Positions 30,772 to 41,537 of a DNA stretch of 64,000 nucleotides are shown one piece after another. The position numbers and the translations under genes are program-made. The stretch is from Barthelona sp. PCE (taxonomy: Eukaryota), in contig JAUFOR010000002.1 of the NCBI GenBank assembly GCA_040285745.1, forward strand, positions 620,001 through 684,000. The letters run 5' to 3'. Under the pieces are notes generated by a model. The model ran no database searches, was not told where the DNA came from, and was given only the letters and a program-made list of their open reading frames with translations. Within the stretch, counting starts at the first letter, position 1. Every line of letters starts with the position of its first letter.

Positions 30772-31609
30772 AGTATGGTTATATAAACACTGTCAGCGAC
30801 AACGCTATTGCTCCCAGCACGTGATTCAGACGCGATTGCCCGCATTGAAAGTTTGTACGTTAAGCTTACAAATTTTGCTTTTCTCTGTTTGCAATACTAA
30901 ATTATTTAGCGATCTACCACATAGGGGATGCATACGCAACACGCTACAGATCATATGATTTGCCTAACACTTAGTGGGACGTAGACCTGCCAGATGTTAT
31001 CGTTACATTAAGAACAAGCCTTACTGCAAGGGCAAGTACTGCCGTTCAGGCCCCGACACACGTATTAGACAGCACGAATGTGGTAACAAGAAGGCTGCTC
31101 CTGATATGTTCCCCAAGACCCTCATGCTTATCTCTATGGAGAAGGAGAACGTTACTTCCAACGCTCTTGAGGCTTGCCGTACCTGTGCTAACCGTTATCT
31201 CGTTAAGTACTGTCAAGGTGGTAGAACCGGTTTCGCTCTTCGTCTTCAGAGTTTCGGTATTTTCCTTAACCGTATCAATAAGACCCTTTCTTGTGCTGGT
31301 GCCGATAGACTTCAGTCTGGTATGCGTGGTGCTTACGGTCGTCCTCACGAGCGTATTGATCGTGTTTACCCTGGTAAGATCATTATGTCTGTCCGTGTCA
31401 AGGAAGGTGACGTTGATATCGCTAAGGAAGCTTTCCGTCGTGCCCGTATGAAGATTGCTGGTCGTCAAAAGATTGTCGTCTCCAAGAACTACGGTTTCAG
31501 TAACTACACTGAAGAGGAAATCATGGCTGCTAAGGCTGAGGGTACTCTTGAAAACTGCGGAACTCACTTTAAGATCCGTAAGCCTAAGGGCCCCATCCCC
31601 AAGAACTAA
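30772..31609 (+). CDS. RPL10: 60S ribosomal protein L10 (uL16); start codon split A|TG by an intron
   Basis: GRRPARCYRYIKNKPY...RINKTLSCAGADRLQSGMRGAYGRP. An in-frame TAA at 30965 blocks any upstream ATG. Joining A30772 to TG30975-6 restores M-G-R-R-P. Strong codon bias. Confidence 0.95.
30773..30974 (+). other. Spliceosomal intron (202 nt) within the RPL10 start codon
   Basis: GTATGG at 30773; CTAACACTTAG ending at 30974. The acceptor is well supported; the donor was chosen by its match to the GTATG of the other two introns. Confidence 0.7.
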
Positions 31610-31721
31610 ATAACGTTCATTGGTTAGTGGACAGGGTATTTTACCCACTTTTGTAAAAGTTTTCCACGTATATTTTTTTTTACTTTTGTTGAATGATAAC
31701 AAACAAGGATATGCAAAAAAT

Positions 31722-33806
31722 TTATTCAATAAAAGAACAGAGATCAATAACACGTGTGGGTTCAACATCAATCCTACCATGATGATCACGGAAATACCCA
31801 GCCATCGAATGATACGAACAAGAGGAAAAAAAATCCTCGACTGTGGTACCAAAACATTCCGTTTCTACTATTTCAGAACCGCTTGTGTGGTACCTTGTGA
31901 TGCTAAATATCTTTTTCTCCAAGTCACTGATTGGAACAATGCTGAAATCTCCCTTTGCATTGATAAAATGAGTAAATTCTCCCAAATCAACTAATTTAAC
32001 ACTTTCTGACCCGATAAAATATATTCCATCGCTAAATAATGCGATTTCTGCATCAACAAACGCAATAAATGAAGATCTTTCAACTGAACAAGCTCTGCTG
32101 TCAGTAAAGGTAAATTCAGCACTGCTGTGGTTGAAACTAACACGTGACTCCGTGTTAAAAGGATTAACAAATATATCTTTGTCGAGTCGACATTCTTCCA
32201 CCCACTTCGTACGGGAATCCCGTCTAAAAACTATGCGACAGCTCTTTGTAACAATAATAATGATATCCTCGGTCACATGCTCAATCCTTACCTTGCGGTC
32301 CCTTACCTCTCCGCTAAATATCAAATAACTTTTAGAATCTGCAAAATCATAGTACTCAAGCGTGGATAAAAATCCTTGCTCAATCCACCTAGAGTTGACA
32401 TGAACCAAACCTTCATCCAGTATTGACACGTATGGGCATTGATTGACAGAAATTTTTGTACGCTGAATACATACTGAAGGGTATTCCCCTTGCTCAAGAT
32501 TAAATTCCTTGATATTATAAATATAATCAGTTGCAATCATTCGCTTTCTATTAGATTTGTGCTGCGAAACGCAAAAGCATTCTCCACTTGATAACTGAAT
32601 ATGATGATTCAAAGTTTCGAACGATTCAATATTTTCGTATTCCCCCTTTTTCTTATCAAACATACACGTTTTGGCTGCTAAATCAACCAAAAGGATGCCG
32701 TACCGTGTGGTAAACAACAAAGAAGTGCTGAGGCACCCCAACAAATCCTTCTTCGAATCAACTCCTATCAATATTGATGAAAATGGTCGGAATATGTTAA
32801 CCCTACATATATTGTCATTAAAGATGAAGAACATGTCTTTGCACGTGTTTAAATAGTCAAATTCTAAAGAAAATTCCCGGGGAATCATGGATAATCGCTT
32901 GGAACATGAAACTTTCGTAAAACTAATTTTTTCATCCTTCAAAACAACAAAAATCCATGATTCCGGGTGTTTAGCCATTAAAACGCATTCTCTTTGAGAA
33001 ACTGATAGTTTCAAGAAGGATATTGCTTGCAACTGCAATTTGCAACTGGATAAGGCTGGGAAAAATTCTAACATATTTAAAGAATTTAATAATCCATCTT
33101 CCGCATATCTTGCAAAAAAACGTATGTACCCATCACTTTCATATATATTATCAATGAAACAATCTGTCGCACAACATCTTAGCATATATTCATCATTTCG
33201 GTACAGTTCTTCACTTATCAGGCAGTACTCTCCACCATCCCCCATAGTGAGGGTATGTGCTGTGACTACATCTCTTTTCTTGGTTACAATAAAACTGCCA
33301 ATAATCTGTATTCGACATTTGTCCCCAATAAACCAACTAAAAGAAATTTCTCCACAGTCATTAAGTCTGTGGACAAACCATGCTCCAGATTCCCGACATA
33401 TAAACGTCATTTCATCGATGTATTCTATCATTCTTAACTTTTCAGGAATTTTTATCCATCTCTTGCTTTCATGGATGAAATTACCATCTTCTAAGGCGTA
33501 GATGTGTAAATAATGTGGCCCACTCCTTTTAGATTTAGGATAAAAACGATTTGGATCTGCGGGAAACCGCTTCAAAATATATAACAAATTGCAATCATCA
33601 TCATCATATGAACCTACAATGGTGTGAACGCCAAATTCAGGACCACATACAGAAGGCTGAATGCCCTGCCCCAATGAGAATTCAAGAATAGGGTCACTAT
33701 TCACTCTTTCAATGTGAAAACTCTCTTTAGATGATGAAACCAACGAACAAGGTTCACCAAACACATCCTCAGGAATGTGGGTTGTTTGCCTTTTAATTCG
33801 AGGCAT
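31722..33806 (-). CDS. Hypothetical protein (~694 aa, beta-rich, no recognised family)
   Basis: Long uninterrupted ORF; first ATG (MPRIKRQ) at 33806. No motifs recognised. Confidence 0.6.
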   Translation of the reverse strand: MPRIKRQTTHIPEDVFGEPCSLVSSSKESFHIERVNSDPILEFSLGQGIQPSVCGPEFGVHTIVGSYDDDDCNLLYILKRFPADPNRFYPKSKRSGPHYLHIYALEDGNFIHESKRWIKIPEKLRMIEYIDEMTFICRESGAWFVHRLNDCGEISFSWFIGDKCRIQIIGSFIVTKKRDVVTAHTLTMGDGGEYCLISEELYRNDEYMLRCCATDCFIDNIYESDGYIRFFARYAEDGLLNSLNMLEFFPALSSCKLQLQAISFLKLSVSQRECVLMAKHPESWIFVVLKDEKISFTKVSCSKRLSMIPREFSLEFDYLNTCKDMFFIFNDNICRVNIFRPFSSILIGVDSKKDLLGCLSTSLLFTTRYGILLVDLAAKTCMFDKKKGEYENIESFETLNHHIQLSSGECFCVSQHKSNRKRMIATDYIYNIKEFNLEQGEYPSVCIQRTKISVNQCPYVSILDEGLVHVNSRWIEQGFLSTLEYYDFADSKSYLIFSGEVRDRKVRIEHVTEDIIIIVTKSCRIVFRRDSRTKWVEECRLDKDIFVNPFNTESRVSFNHSSAEFTFTDSRACSVERSSFIAFVDAEIALFSDGIYFIGSESVKLVDLGEFTHFINAKGDFSIVPISDLEKKIFSITRYHTSGSEIVETECFGTTVEDFFSSCSYHSMAGYFRDHHGRIDVEPTRVIDLCSFIE

Positions 33807-33966
33807 TGAAAAGGATGATAGAAGTAAACATATATTGCAGCTTAAAGTATGTTGCAGAATGAAAATAATGCGTAGATAATGATCACTAAGATACAACCAA
33901 TACGAAAGAAATGCTGTTCATATAATAAATAACACCAAAATACATAAAACAGTGACTTTATTATGA

Positions 33967-36606
33967 TTACAGAGTCTTGACAGCAACATCATTCTTGATG
34001 GTGTAGCCACGCTTCTCAAGGAAGGCAGCAGCCTGCTCAGCGTGTGCGGGAAGGTGACCATAGATGGTCTTGTGATTCTTACAAGCAGCAAAAGCTTCAA
34101 TAGACTCCATGAGCTGTGAACCAATACCCTCATTGGCAACGAGTCTGTCAACGACGAGAGCGAACTCAACGCCGTTATCACGCTTGGATAGACGAGCGAG
34201 AGCACAAAGCTTATCGTTCTTCTCAGCGACAAAAGCCATTTCGTAGTTGTAATCGACGAAACAAAGACCAGAAAGACCGGAATCAAGCTTCTCATTGATA
34301 GGGAAATCGTTGAAGAAGGAAGAGTAGACGCTGTTGGTCTCGAACTCAAGAGCTTGGATTTGATCATCGTCGGTGGGACGAATGGGACGAATAATGATAT
34401 CATTGTGCTCCTTAACAAACTCACGGGGGTAACCGGTGGCAATAGGAGCAATGACAAGATCTTCGGGGCCAGTAAGAAGGACACGGGCATCGACGGCTGT
34501 CAATTCCTCGGGGGAGATGAGGAGAGGGTTGATATCGAGCTCAGCAATCTCAGGGAAATCAACAACGAGGATGGAAAGATCAACGAGGATGCGCTCAAGA
34601 GCTTCAATATCACATGGCTTAGCACCACGGACACCCTTGAGAGCTTCAAAGATCTTTGTCTTCTCCATCAATTGACGGGCAAGACCGTGAGATAAAGGAG
34701 GAAGGCCAAGAGCAGTATCCTTAAGGACTTCGCAAAGAGTACCACCCATACCGAAGAGGAGGACAGGACCAAGTTCAACATCCATTGAGCAACCAAGGAT
34801 AAGCTCGAAAGCACCCTTTGTGTTGATCATCTTTTGGACAGTGACACCCAGAACGAGCTCATCAACTGACTTGTTACCGTAGTGACCACGAACCTTCTCA
34901 ACGTTCTCACGAATGAGGTGGAAAGCTGCAACGACTTCCTCACGGGACTTGAGGTTAAGTTGAACACCACCAACATCAGACTTGTGAGTAATGATCTCAG
35001 AGTGAATCTTGACGACACAAGGGTAGCCGATCTTCTCAGCCCATTCACCAGCTTCTTCAGGGGTGAGGGCGATCTCAGTGATACAAACGGGGATGTTGTA
35101 AGCAGCAAGAACCTTCTTAGACTCGTACTCAGAAAGAACCTTACGGCCATCAGCACGACACTGATCAATCATGCGACGAGCAGTCTCCTTATCATAGGTG
35201 ACGTCACGGGCATCGACGTAGGGCTCCTCGTACAAGTTACGGAGGTTAGAGTGATAACGGTTAATAATGTTAAATACCTCTGTGGCTTGGTCAGGGAAGG
35301 GGAAAGTAGGGATACCTGCTTCGCTGAGAAGACGAGCGCCTTCAGCAACGGCGGGACCACCCATCCATGAAGCGAGGACGGGAACTGGGGAGTTCTTGGC
35401 GTGCTCAATAACGGCACGAGCAGTACCAGTGGGATCGGTCATGTCTTGGGGAGTGAGGATGACGAGTGTACCATCGGAATCCTTGTTCTTGGCACATGCT
35501 GCCATAGTCTTGGCGTAACGCTCAGGACGGGAATCACCAATGACATCAATGGGGTTACCATGAGACCAGGTGTTGGGGAGGAAGGAGTTTAACTCATCCA
35601 TAATGGAGTCGATGGGTGCGAGCTTTCCACCACCGTTGACGAGAGCGTCGACAGTACAGACACCGGGGCCACCAGCGTTGGTAACAATGGTACAGGTGGG
35701 TTCACGAGTGATGTTACGCTTGAAAGGTTGCTTGGCAAGGATATCAGCTAAACCGAATAACTGAGCCATTTCACGGACACGGACGACACCAACGCGCTCG
35801 AGAGCGGCGTCAAGGGCGGCGTCACCACCAGAGAGTGAACCAGTGTGAGATTCTGCAGCAGCCTTGGATTCCTCGGAAGCACCACCCTTCAGGAGAATAA
35901 TGGGCTTACGGAGGGAGGTCTTACGGGCAGCAGCGAAGAAATCGTGGCCGAGAGCCTCAGCGTAGAGGACAATGGCGTCTGTGTTCTCGTCTTCACCGAA
36001 ATAGCTGACAAGATCACCAAAGGAAACGTCAGAAGCGTTACCAATGGAGATACAGGCGCTGAAACCAATATTACGGGTCTTGGCGTAGTTGATTGTGGAG
36101 GTACAGAGAGCACCAGATTGGGACAAAAGACAGATCCTACCAGGGAGGGTCATCTCGGATGAGAATGACGCGTTGTACTTGGAATCGGTACCATTGCAGA
36201 GAACACCGAGGGTGTTGGGACCGAGGATGGGGAACTTACCAGCAGCAGCAGAGATGAGCTCCTTCTCCAATTCCAATTCACCAACTTCCTTGAAACCGGC
36301 AGAGATGATGACGGCAGCACCGACCTCCTTCTCTGCACATTGTTCGATGACACCAACACAAAAACGAGCGGGAACAGCAACAAGAACAAGATCAATGTGC
36401 TCAGGAACCTCAAGAACAGACTTGAAAGCGGGAAGTCCGTAAATTTCAGGCTTCTTGGGGTTGATAGGGTAGATGACACCATCATAGGTAGCCTGGAGGT
36501 TGGTGACAATAACACCACCCAGCTTACCTTCACTGGCACCGACGACAGCAATTGACTTGGCCCTAAACATAGGGTCCAGACGTTTGTTGATGCTAAGGAT
36601 ATCCAT
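33967..36606 (-). CDS. ADP-forming acetyl-CoA synthetase (acetate-CoA ligase) fused to a C-terminal GNAT-like domain
   Basis: CoA-binding SIAVVGAS...YPINPK, GPNTLG, SQSGAL, SIGNASD, phospho-His motif ESHTGSL, TNAGGPG, NPIDVIGD. ATP-grasp HKSDVGGV, FGMGG, ELDINPL, AVDARV. GNAT tail IIRPIRPTD...EFALVV...EGIGSQLM. Strong C/T-ending codon bias. Confidence 0.93.
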   Translation of the reverse strand: MDILSINKRLDPMFRAKSIAVVGASEGKLGGVIVTNLQATYDGVIYPINPKKPEIYGLPAFKSVLEVPEHIDLVLVAVPARFCVGVIEQCAEKEVGAAVIISAGFKEVGELELEKELISAAAGKFPILGPNTLGVLCNGTDSKYNASFSSEMTLPGRICLLSQSGALCTSTINYAKTRNIGFSACISIGNASDVSFGDLVSYFGEDENTDAIVLYAEALGHDFFAAARKTSLRKPIILLKGGASEESKAAAESHTGSLSGGDAALDAALERVGVVRVREMAQLFGLADILAKQPFKRNITREPTCTIVTNAGGPGVCTVDALVNGGGKLAPIDSIMDELNSFLPNTWSHGNPIDVIGDSRPERYAKTMAACAKNKDSDGTLVILTPQDMTDPTGTARAVIEHAKNSPVPVLASWMGGPAVAEGARLLSEAGIPTFPFPDQATEVFNIINRYHSNLRNLYEEPYVDARDVTYDKETARRMIDQCRADGRKVLSEYESKKVLAAYNIPVCITEIALTPEEAGEWAEKIGYPCVVKIHSEIITHKSDVGGVQLNLKSREEVVAAFHLIRENVEKVRGHYGNKSVDELVLGVTVQKMINTKGAFELILGCSMDVELGPVLLFGMGGTLCEVLKDTALGLPPLSHGLARQLMEKTKIFEALKGVRGAKPCDIEALERILVDLSILVVDFPEIAELDINPLLISPEELTAVDARVLLTGPEDLVIAPIATGYPREFVKEHNDIIIRPIRPTDDDQIQALEFETNSVYSSFFNDFPINEKLDSGLSGLCFVDYNYEMAFVAEKNDKLCALARLSKRDNGVEFALVVDRLVANEGIGSQLMESIEAFAACKNHKTIYGHLPAHAEQAAAFLEKRGYTIKNDVAVKTL

Positions 36607-37113
36607 AGGAGTTAGTTATAGAAGTAAGATATTCTAAAGTAAGTTTTTCTTTCTTTTCCAAAATGTACTCTGGCTCCAGCTGTTTTTAGTAGGGGTCAGG
36701 TGTGTTTTGAAGGATAGAAATTGCTCAAAACCAATTATCTGATGAGATAATTTTTGAGATGTGAGATTGTTGCAGTGTGGGATAAATGTGTCTCCACTGT
36801 CTGTTTTCACAGCATGGTGGGTGAAATATATGCTATTTTTCTTTTTGGTCCTTCACATGTGAGGTAGATGAATTTTTTTTTAAATACAGTGAGGTTATCA
36901 AATGGTAAGTTCTGTTTAGAGGGGGAAACCATGTCACACAGTGCCAGTCATTTTAAATACGTTGAAAACTGCACTTTACGCGGACCTGCAGTTTTAAATT
37001 CTTTCTTTAAGGGCCTTTTTAAATTATGTAAATATTAATGTGCGAGATATTAACATTCACAGTTAGGGACAGAACAATCTTCTCATCATAGACTTCTTTC
37101 TTCTTTTTGAGTT

Positions 37114-37833
37114 TTACTTATACCTATTAACATTCCTTGGATGTTGCATGTTCTGCCTACGTTTCAAGAGTGTTAGTTTTCGCTCCTTAGCTTCTTTAAT
37201 GCTTTTTTCAACTGTTCTATTTTCTTTAACGAGGTGTTCATATTGTTCTTTAACTGATTTGTTCAACTGTGAATATTCATCACTTTTCTTCGTAATTCGA
37301 CAGATACATTCCTGTATATCACGCTTGGCTTCTTCAATGTTTGACTGAATATCTTGAAGAGTAAAGTCTCCAAGTTCGTCGTTTTCTTCACTCCCTTGTA
37401 ACTCTGAGCACTGCTTTTCGAGCTGCTTGATGTACTGAATGCGCTCATCATCTTTCATATGATCTTTTATCCAGTTCTGCCAGTCTTTCAAAGCACTTTT
37501 TCTTGTTGTAAATTCGGTCTCCTGCTGTTTCATTTGCTGAAACAGATTTGCGATCGTTTGGGTATCAGATCTGACCTTTTCTGTGAGCATAGGCAACTCA
37601 ACAGAGATTTTGTTAAAACGAGTTTGGATTTCTGCACATTTAGCCTCTAAACTAGCACGGTTTTGCTTCAATTCGTATAACGTTAACGTCAGCATTCTCT
37701 TTGTTCTTTCAATTTCTTCTAAACGCTTCTCCAGCATCTTACCCTTGATAAAATGCAGTTCATTTGCACTTTCAAAGTCCCCAAGTCTTTCTGTGAGATT
37801 ATCCACGAGGGATACAATATCTAATGGATCCAT
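37114..37833 (-). CDS. Coiled-coil protein
   Basis: ATG at 37833 (MDPLDIV); E/K/Q-rich heptad composition throughout. Confidence 0.65.
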   Translation of the reverse strand: MDPLDIVSLVDNLTERLGDFESANELHFIKGKMLEKRLEEIERTKRMLTLTLYELKQNRASLEAKCAEIQTRFNKISVELPMLTEKVRSDTQTIANLFQQMKQQETEFTTRKSALKDWQNWIKDHMKDDERIQYIKQLEKQCSELQGSEENDELGDFTLQDIQSNIEEAKRDIQECICRITKKSDEYSQLNKSVKEQYEHLVKENRTVEKSIKEAKERKLTLLKRRQNMQHPRNVNRYK

Positions 37834-37996
37834 ATTTGAATAAAGTGAAAAAGAAGAAAGTACTGAAAACAGGTTTTTGTAATATATCAAAATTCAAATT
37901 TGAACAGCGTAATGCACCTTTTTCCGTCACATGCGTCCCATGTAAACAACTTTGAATGTTGGGAGTTGATTTAAATCAAAGAAAACTAAAAAACAT

Positions 37997-39946
37997 TTAC
38001 ACATATACCTTGAAGTACTCTGCTGACACAAACAGCTCCTGAATAGAAACTGTTGTTGAGCTGCCTGTCAGCATATCGTAAAATACCAAATTCTCATTCT
38101 CAGAATCATAGGTAACATACTTCACTGTTTCAGTCTCACGATCAATTTTCCAACACATACCAAGTCCTTTGAAGTGAAGACGAACATTGGGAACATCCAA
38201 AAACTTAGAAATTAACTTGTATTGTTCAAGTCCATAACCTTCAGAAACATCATATATACCTTGTTCACCAATAAGAAGTGTGGGAGTGATGAATTGTTGA
38301 ATACCAATACCTGTTACAAACGTGTGCTCCTTTGTTTGAATATTAAAAACAACATCACCGATACTTGAAATTAAAACAAAAGTATTAGGATCAAAATGGG
38401 TTCTAAAACCTTTATAGAAGCCAATGTCATTAATATTAGGTAATGTCATAATCTTAACAAATGTATTAGGGGCTGTTCTTTCAAAAATTTGATAATCTTT
38501 AAGATGTACGCATACTACATTAGTATCAATAAAAAATATTGAGCTGGCTTCTGTTTGACAAATAAATTCATCATTTAAAACCGCTACATTATCGCTACAA
38601 TTTCTCTTGATGACGTTACCGGCCTTATCCACCTCACATGTCACAAAACCATCTTCTTCTTCTGGAATCACATATTGCAAAAAACCATCTTGTTCAGAAT
38701 CGTATTTTTGTATCTTAAAGGCCTTATACGTTGGAGACTCGTAGCCTGTGTCCTTTGCAATAACCGTCATGGTTTCTGAATCATAAGAATGGAAGCAATG
38801 ATCCTCAGAGATGGAAATAACAAATATTTTTTTTGTTTCAACATCAAGCGTAATTCGCATCATATCACCAATATAATGTATCAGTCCATCTTCAACAATA
38901 AAATCTTTCAGATTCTGTATTTTTGTTAGAATTCCATCTCCTGCCTTATAAACATACATACCCCACACGTCATTCTTACAAGCCAGGAATTCATCATCAT
39001 TATTAATATCTTCAACAAACACACTGTCTTCGGTGAGCTCAAATGGTGTGCAGTGTGGCCAGATGATGGAATTCAGACCAGATGGTGTTCTGGAAAACTG
39101 CAATTGATTATTATCTAAACGTACAGAAACAGCATTCTCAAAAGACATAAAACGGATACTAAATGAGTTGATTGACAGGTTTTCCACCAAAAAAGAGTAG
39201 TAATTCATTTTGTTTCTCCGATTATAATTATAAAATGTATCTGACTCATCTTGAACTCGATTGAACTTAAAATCATAGATCTCCAGACCATATTGAATGA
39301 CCGCAAATACACGAGCATTTGCTGCACCGCATATATGCTGTGCTGATGAGAATCCAATACCTTCTGGGAAAGGTCTCAAAATCGGATCACCGTCCTCGAA
39401 ATCAACCAAGGCACATCCATTACCTCTAAGAATCAACGCCGCGATGAAGCGATAGGGCGTGTTAATCATTCTGTATGAACCAACCTCATGAAGATCACCA
39501 GTATCTATATTAAAAATAAACGTTTTTGTTGCATCTCCATTAATGAAAAATGAGTATGCAATGCGTGAAGCATCAACGGCAACGAAATCAGAGTCTAAAA
39601 ATCCATGAGTTCCCTCAATATGAGGGAGTTGGAATTTTTTTTTTCGTATAACAACCATCCGATTGTTTTCCAGCCCGTAAAACTTCATTACACCGTTTCT
39701 CTTGCCCTTTTTAAGCTTAAAAGAAAGAGTACTGATGGAATTATCAATAATTCCTCGTAAAAGCTCAACATTGCCCATTACATCAATCTTGGAACACATT
39801 TGAACGTAATTGTGGTAAAAACTTTCCTCCCGCGAGATGTCACTCACGTCATTGTATGAAATGATGAGAGAATCGTTTGCAATCTCTAATACTGCATCTT
39901 CACTTTCCAACGGATACAACGCTGTTTGATTCACTATTTCGTCCAT
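37997..39946 (-). CDS. Hypothetical protein (~649 aa, beta-rich)
   Basis: Uninterrupted ORF with ATG at 39946. No family motif recognised. Confidence 0.65.
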   Translation of the reverse strand: MDEIVNQTALYPLESEDAVLEIANDSLIISYNDVSDISREESFYHNYVQMCSKIDVMGNVELLRGIIDNSISTLSFKLKKGKRNGVMKFYGLENNRMVVIRKKKFQLPHIEGTHGFLDSDFVAVDASRIAYSFFINGDATKTFIFNIDTGDLHEVGSYRMINTPYRFIAALILRGNGCALVDFEDGDPILRPFPEGIGFSSAQHICGAANARVFAVIQYGLEIYDFKFNRVQDESDTFYNYNRRNKMNYYSFLVENLSINSFSIRFMSFENAVSVRLDNNQLQFSRTPSGLNSIIWPHCTPFELTEDSVFVEDINNDDEFLACKNDVWGMYVYKAGDGILTKIQNLKDFIVEDGLIHYIGDMMRITLDVETKKIFVISISEDHCFHSYDSETMTVIAKDTGYESPTYKAFKIQKYDSEQDGFLQYVIPEEEDGFVTCEVDKAGNVIKRNCSDNVAVLNDEFICQTEASSIFFIDTNVVCVHLKDYQIFERTAPNTFVKIMTLPNINDIGFYKGFRTHFDPNTFVLISSIGDVVFNIQTKEHTFVTGIGIQQFITPTLLIGEQGIYDVSEGYGLEQYKLISKFLDVPNVRLHFKGLGMCWKIDRETETVKYVTYDSENENLVFYDMLTGSSTTVSIQELFVSAEYFKVYV

Positions 39947-40001
39947 AATCAGCAAAAATGCAAATAAAAACCTCTGTAGAAAGGGTTAAAAATTTCAATA
40001 T

Positions 40002-40132
40002 TAGACTTCAGCTTATCGGGATTTTAAGTTCGGATTTCCTGCATCCCAAGTATGGGAACGGAGCCTACTCTACTAATAAATAATAAGTATTTGAAGAACT
40101 TTCCAGTCATTTATATTAGAGGGTATATTAAG
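40002..40132 (+). repeat. Left terminal inverted repeat of the hAT element
   Basis: TAGACTTCAGCTTATCGGG...GGGTATATTAAG is the reverse complement of 41407-41537 with 3 mismatches. Confidence 0.95.
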
Positions 40133-41271
40133 AAAAATTTATTACTGTGATAGAACATGGATTTGTTTTCTATTTTCAACCCTTTTCTCTATTAATTATG
40201 TCTGATCCTTATAGGGACATTTTGAAAATGATAGCAACTCCATTGATAGGGTTGTATGATTAAATTGAGTGTATTGAATCCAAAGAAAATATTTCCCCAA
40301 ACACATCGATTTGGAAGCTTTGGTGCAAAACTGACAATGGTCTAGAGTTTGTACTTTTTGAATACACAGTTAAAAATACCAGCATCGATGTGTGGAACAC
40401 AAAAATGCGAAAGATATTGCCTCTCTTACGCTATGAACCTACTTTTGATATTATGAGTGAAAGAATCTGTAATGCACGTAGGTTGGTAAGAAAGAAAGTT
40501 AGTAATGTACGTTCAAGAACACTGACCAAATCGAAACTTGTATATGCTGGCTATCATCTATTCAGTTTAATGCCATTGAGCCAGTATGTATCGGACAAAG
40601 AACGGTTCAAACATGTTCTATGTTCGATCAGGAACGATGATAAATTAACTTTTGTCGAAAATCTTGACATGGAAAGATTGGAGAGACTATATGTTCAGTA
40701 CCTGAATGGATGCAATTCCGAAGAGGCTAAATATGCTGAGAACTTTAATCCAAATGCTGAGCTAAATAAGTTCAACACTAATATAGGCGCTGCAACAACA
40801 AGAAATTTAACTTCAGGTATATATTACGATAGCAGAAAAGGAATATGGACATGCACGAACGAAGAAGTCATCAGAAGTTTGAATTTTCATGGAATTTAGA
40901 TCGCAAATTGTGAAAATCACTTGTTCATCCCGCCAGTCAAAGAAAAATGCAGCGTACCCAATCAACTGATTGCAAATATGTTACAATGCAATACGTATCA
41001 GATGCAGTGCTTTATGGTTTTCATATGTCAGGGTTAGAAAAATGTTCTGAAATGTTCTGCATTTTTTAATATCGTAAATCAATATCGTAATACACCAGCG
41101 GGCAATGCTGGTGTCGAAAGAGCGTTTTCTAAGATTGGACAAATGTTTAAAAAAACACAGTATAATCTTAGCCAGATTAATGAATTAAATTTGGTATATT
41201 TGAACATGTTAAGTCACTTACCGTTCATTAGTTATGAAGATTTAGCTTTTTTAATGAAAAATGAAGAGTGA
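40132..41271 (+). pseudogene. Degenerate hAT transposase (C-terminal part)
   Basis: One reading frame runs from the inner edge of the left TIR to TGA 41269-41271, interrupted by TAA 40261, TAG 40897 and TAG 41035. It includes track ORF 40390-40899 and ends ...AFFNIVNQYRNTPAGNAGVERAFSKIGQMFKKTQYNLS... Confidence 0.75.
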
Positions 41272-41406
41272 ATTTTTTTCTTCCATATTCAATGAAATAG
41301 ACAGTTGTTCACTATTGTTGATGTTACATTCGCATATAAGACCTAAAAATGATACTCAATTGTTAATGTAAAAAAATGATAAAAAATGTGGATTCCTTTT
41401 TCTGCA

Positions 41407-41537
41407 CTTAATATACCCTCTAATATAAATGACTGGAAAGTTCTTCAAATGCTTATTATTTATTAGTAGAGTAGGCTCCGTTCCCATACTTGGGATGCAG
41501 AAAATCCGAACTTTAAATCCCGATAAGCTGAAGTCTA
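41407..41537 (-). repeat. Right terminal inverted repeat of the hAT element
   Basis: CTTAATATACCC...CCCGATAAGCTGAAGTCTA is the reverse complement of 40002-40132. Confidence 0.95.

Larger units (their letters stand above)
40002..41537. mobile_element. hAT-superfamily DNA transposon, non-autonomous/internally deleted (1,536 bp)
   Basis: 131-bp terminal inverted repeats (40002-40132 and 41407-41537, 3 mismatches) with TAG...CTA ends. Identical 8-bp flank TTCAATAT at 39994-40001 and 41538-41545. Internal frame encodes TPAGNAGVERAFS, the hAT C-terminal dimerisation motif. Confidence 0.93.

Noticed and set aside
30974-30976. GTG start for RPL10 (and the TTG/GTG starts for FERM and VPS29) given in the ORF track
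   Set aside because: Better explained by introns with consistent splice signals that restore ATG and the conserved N-termini.
33918-36555. Many overlapping alternate-frame and antisense ORFs inside the ACS gene (likewise 31046-31852 over RPL10 and those over the FERM gene)
   Set aside because: Expected by-product of strong codon bias in highly expressed genes; the translations contain no motifs.
40261-41037. Stop-codon reassignment in the host genome, suggested by the in-frame TAA/TAG codons
   Set aside because: Conserved host genes terminate at expected positions with TAA (RPL10), TAG (VPS29) and TGA (SEC23).
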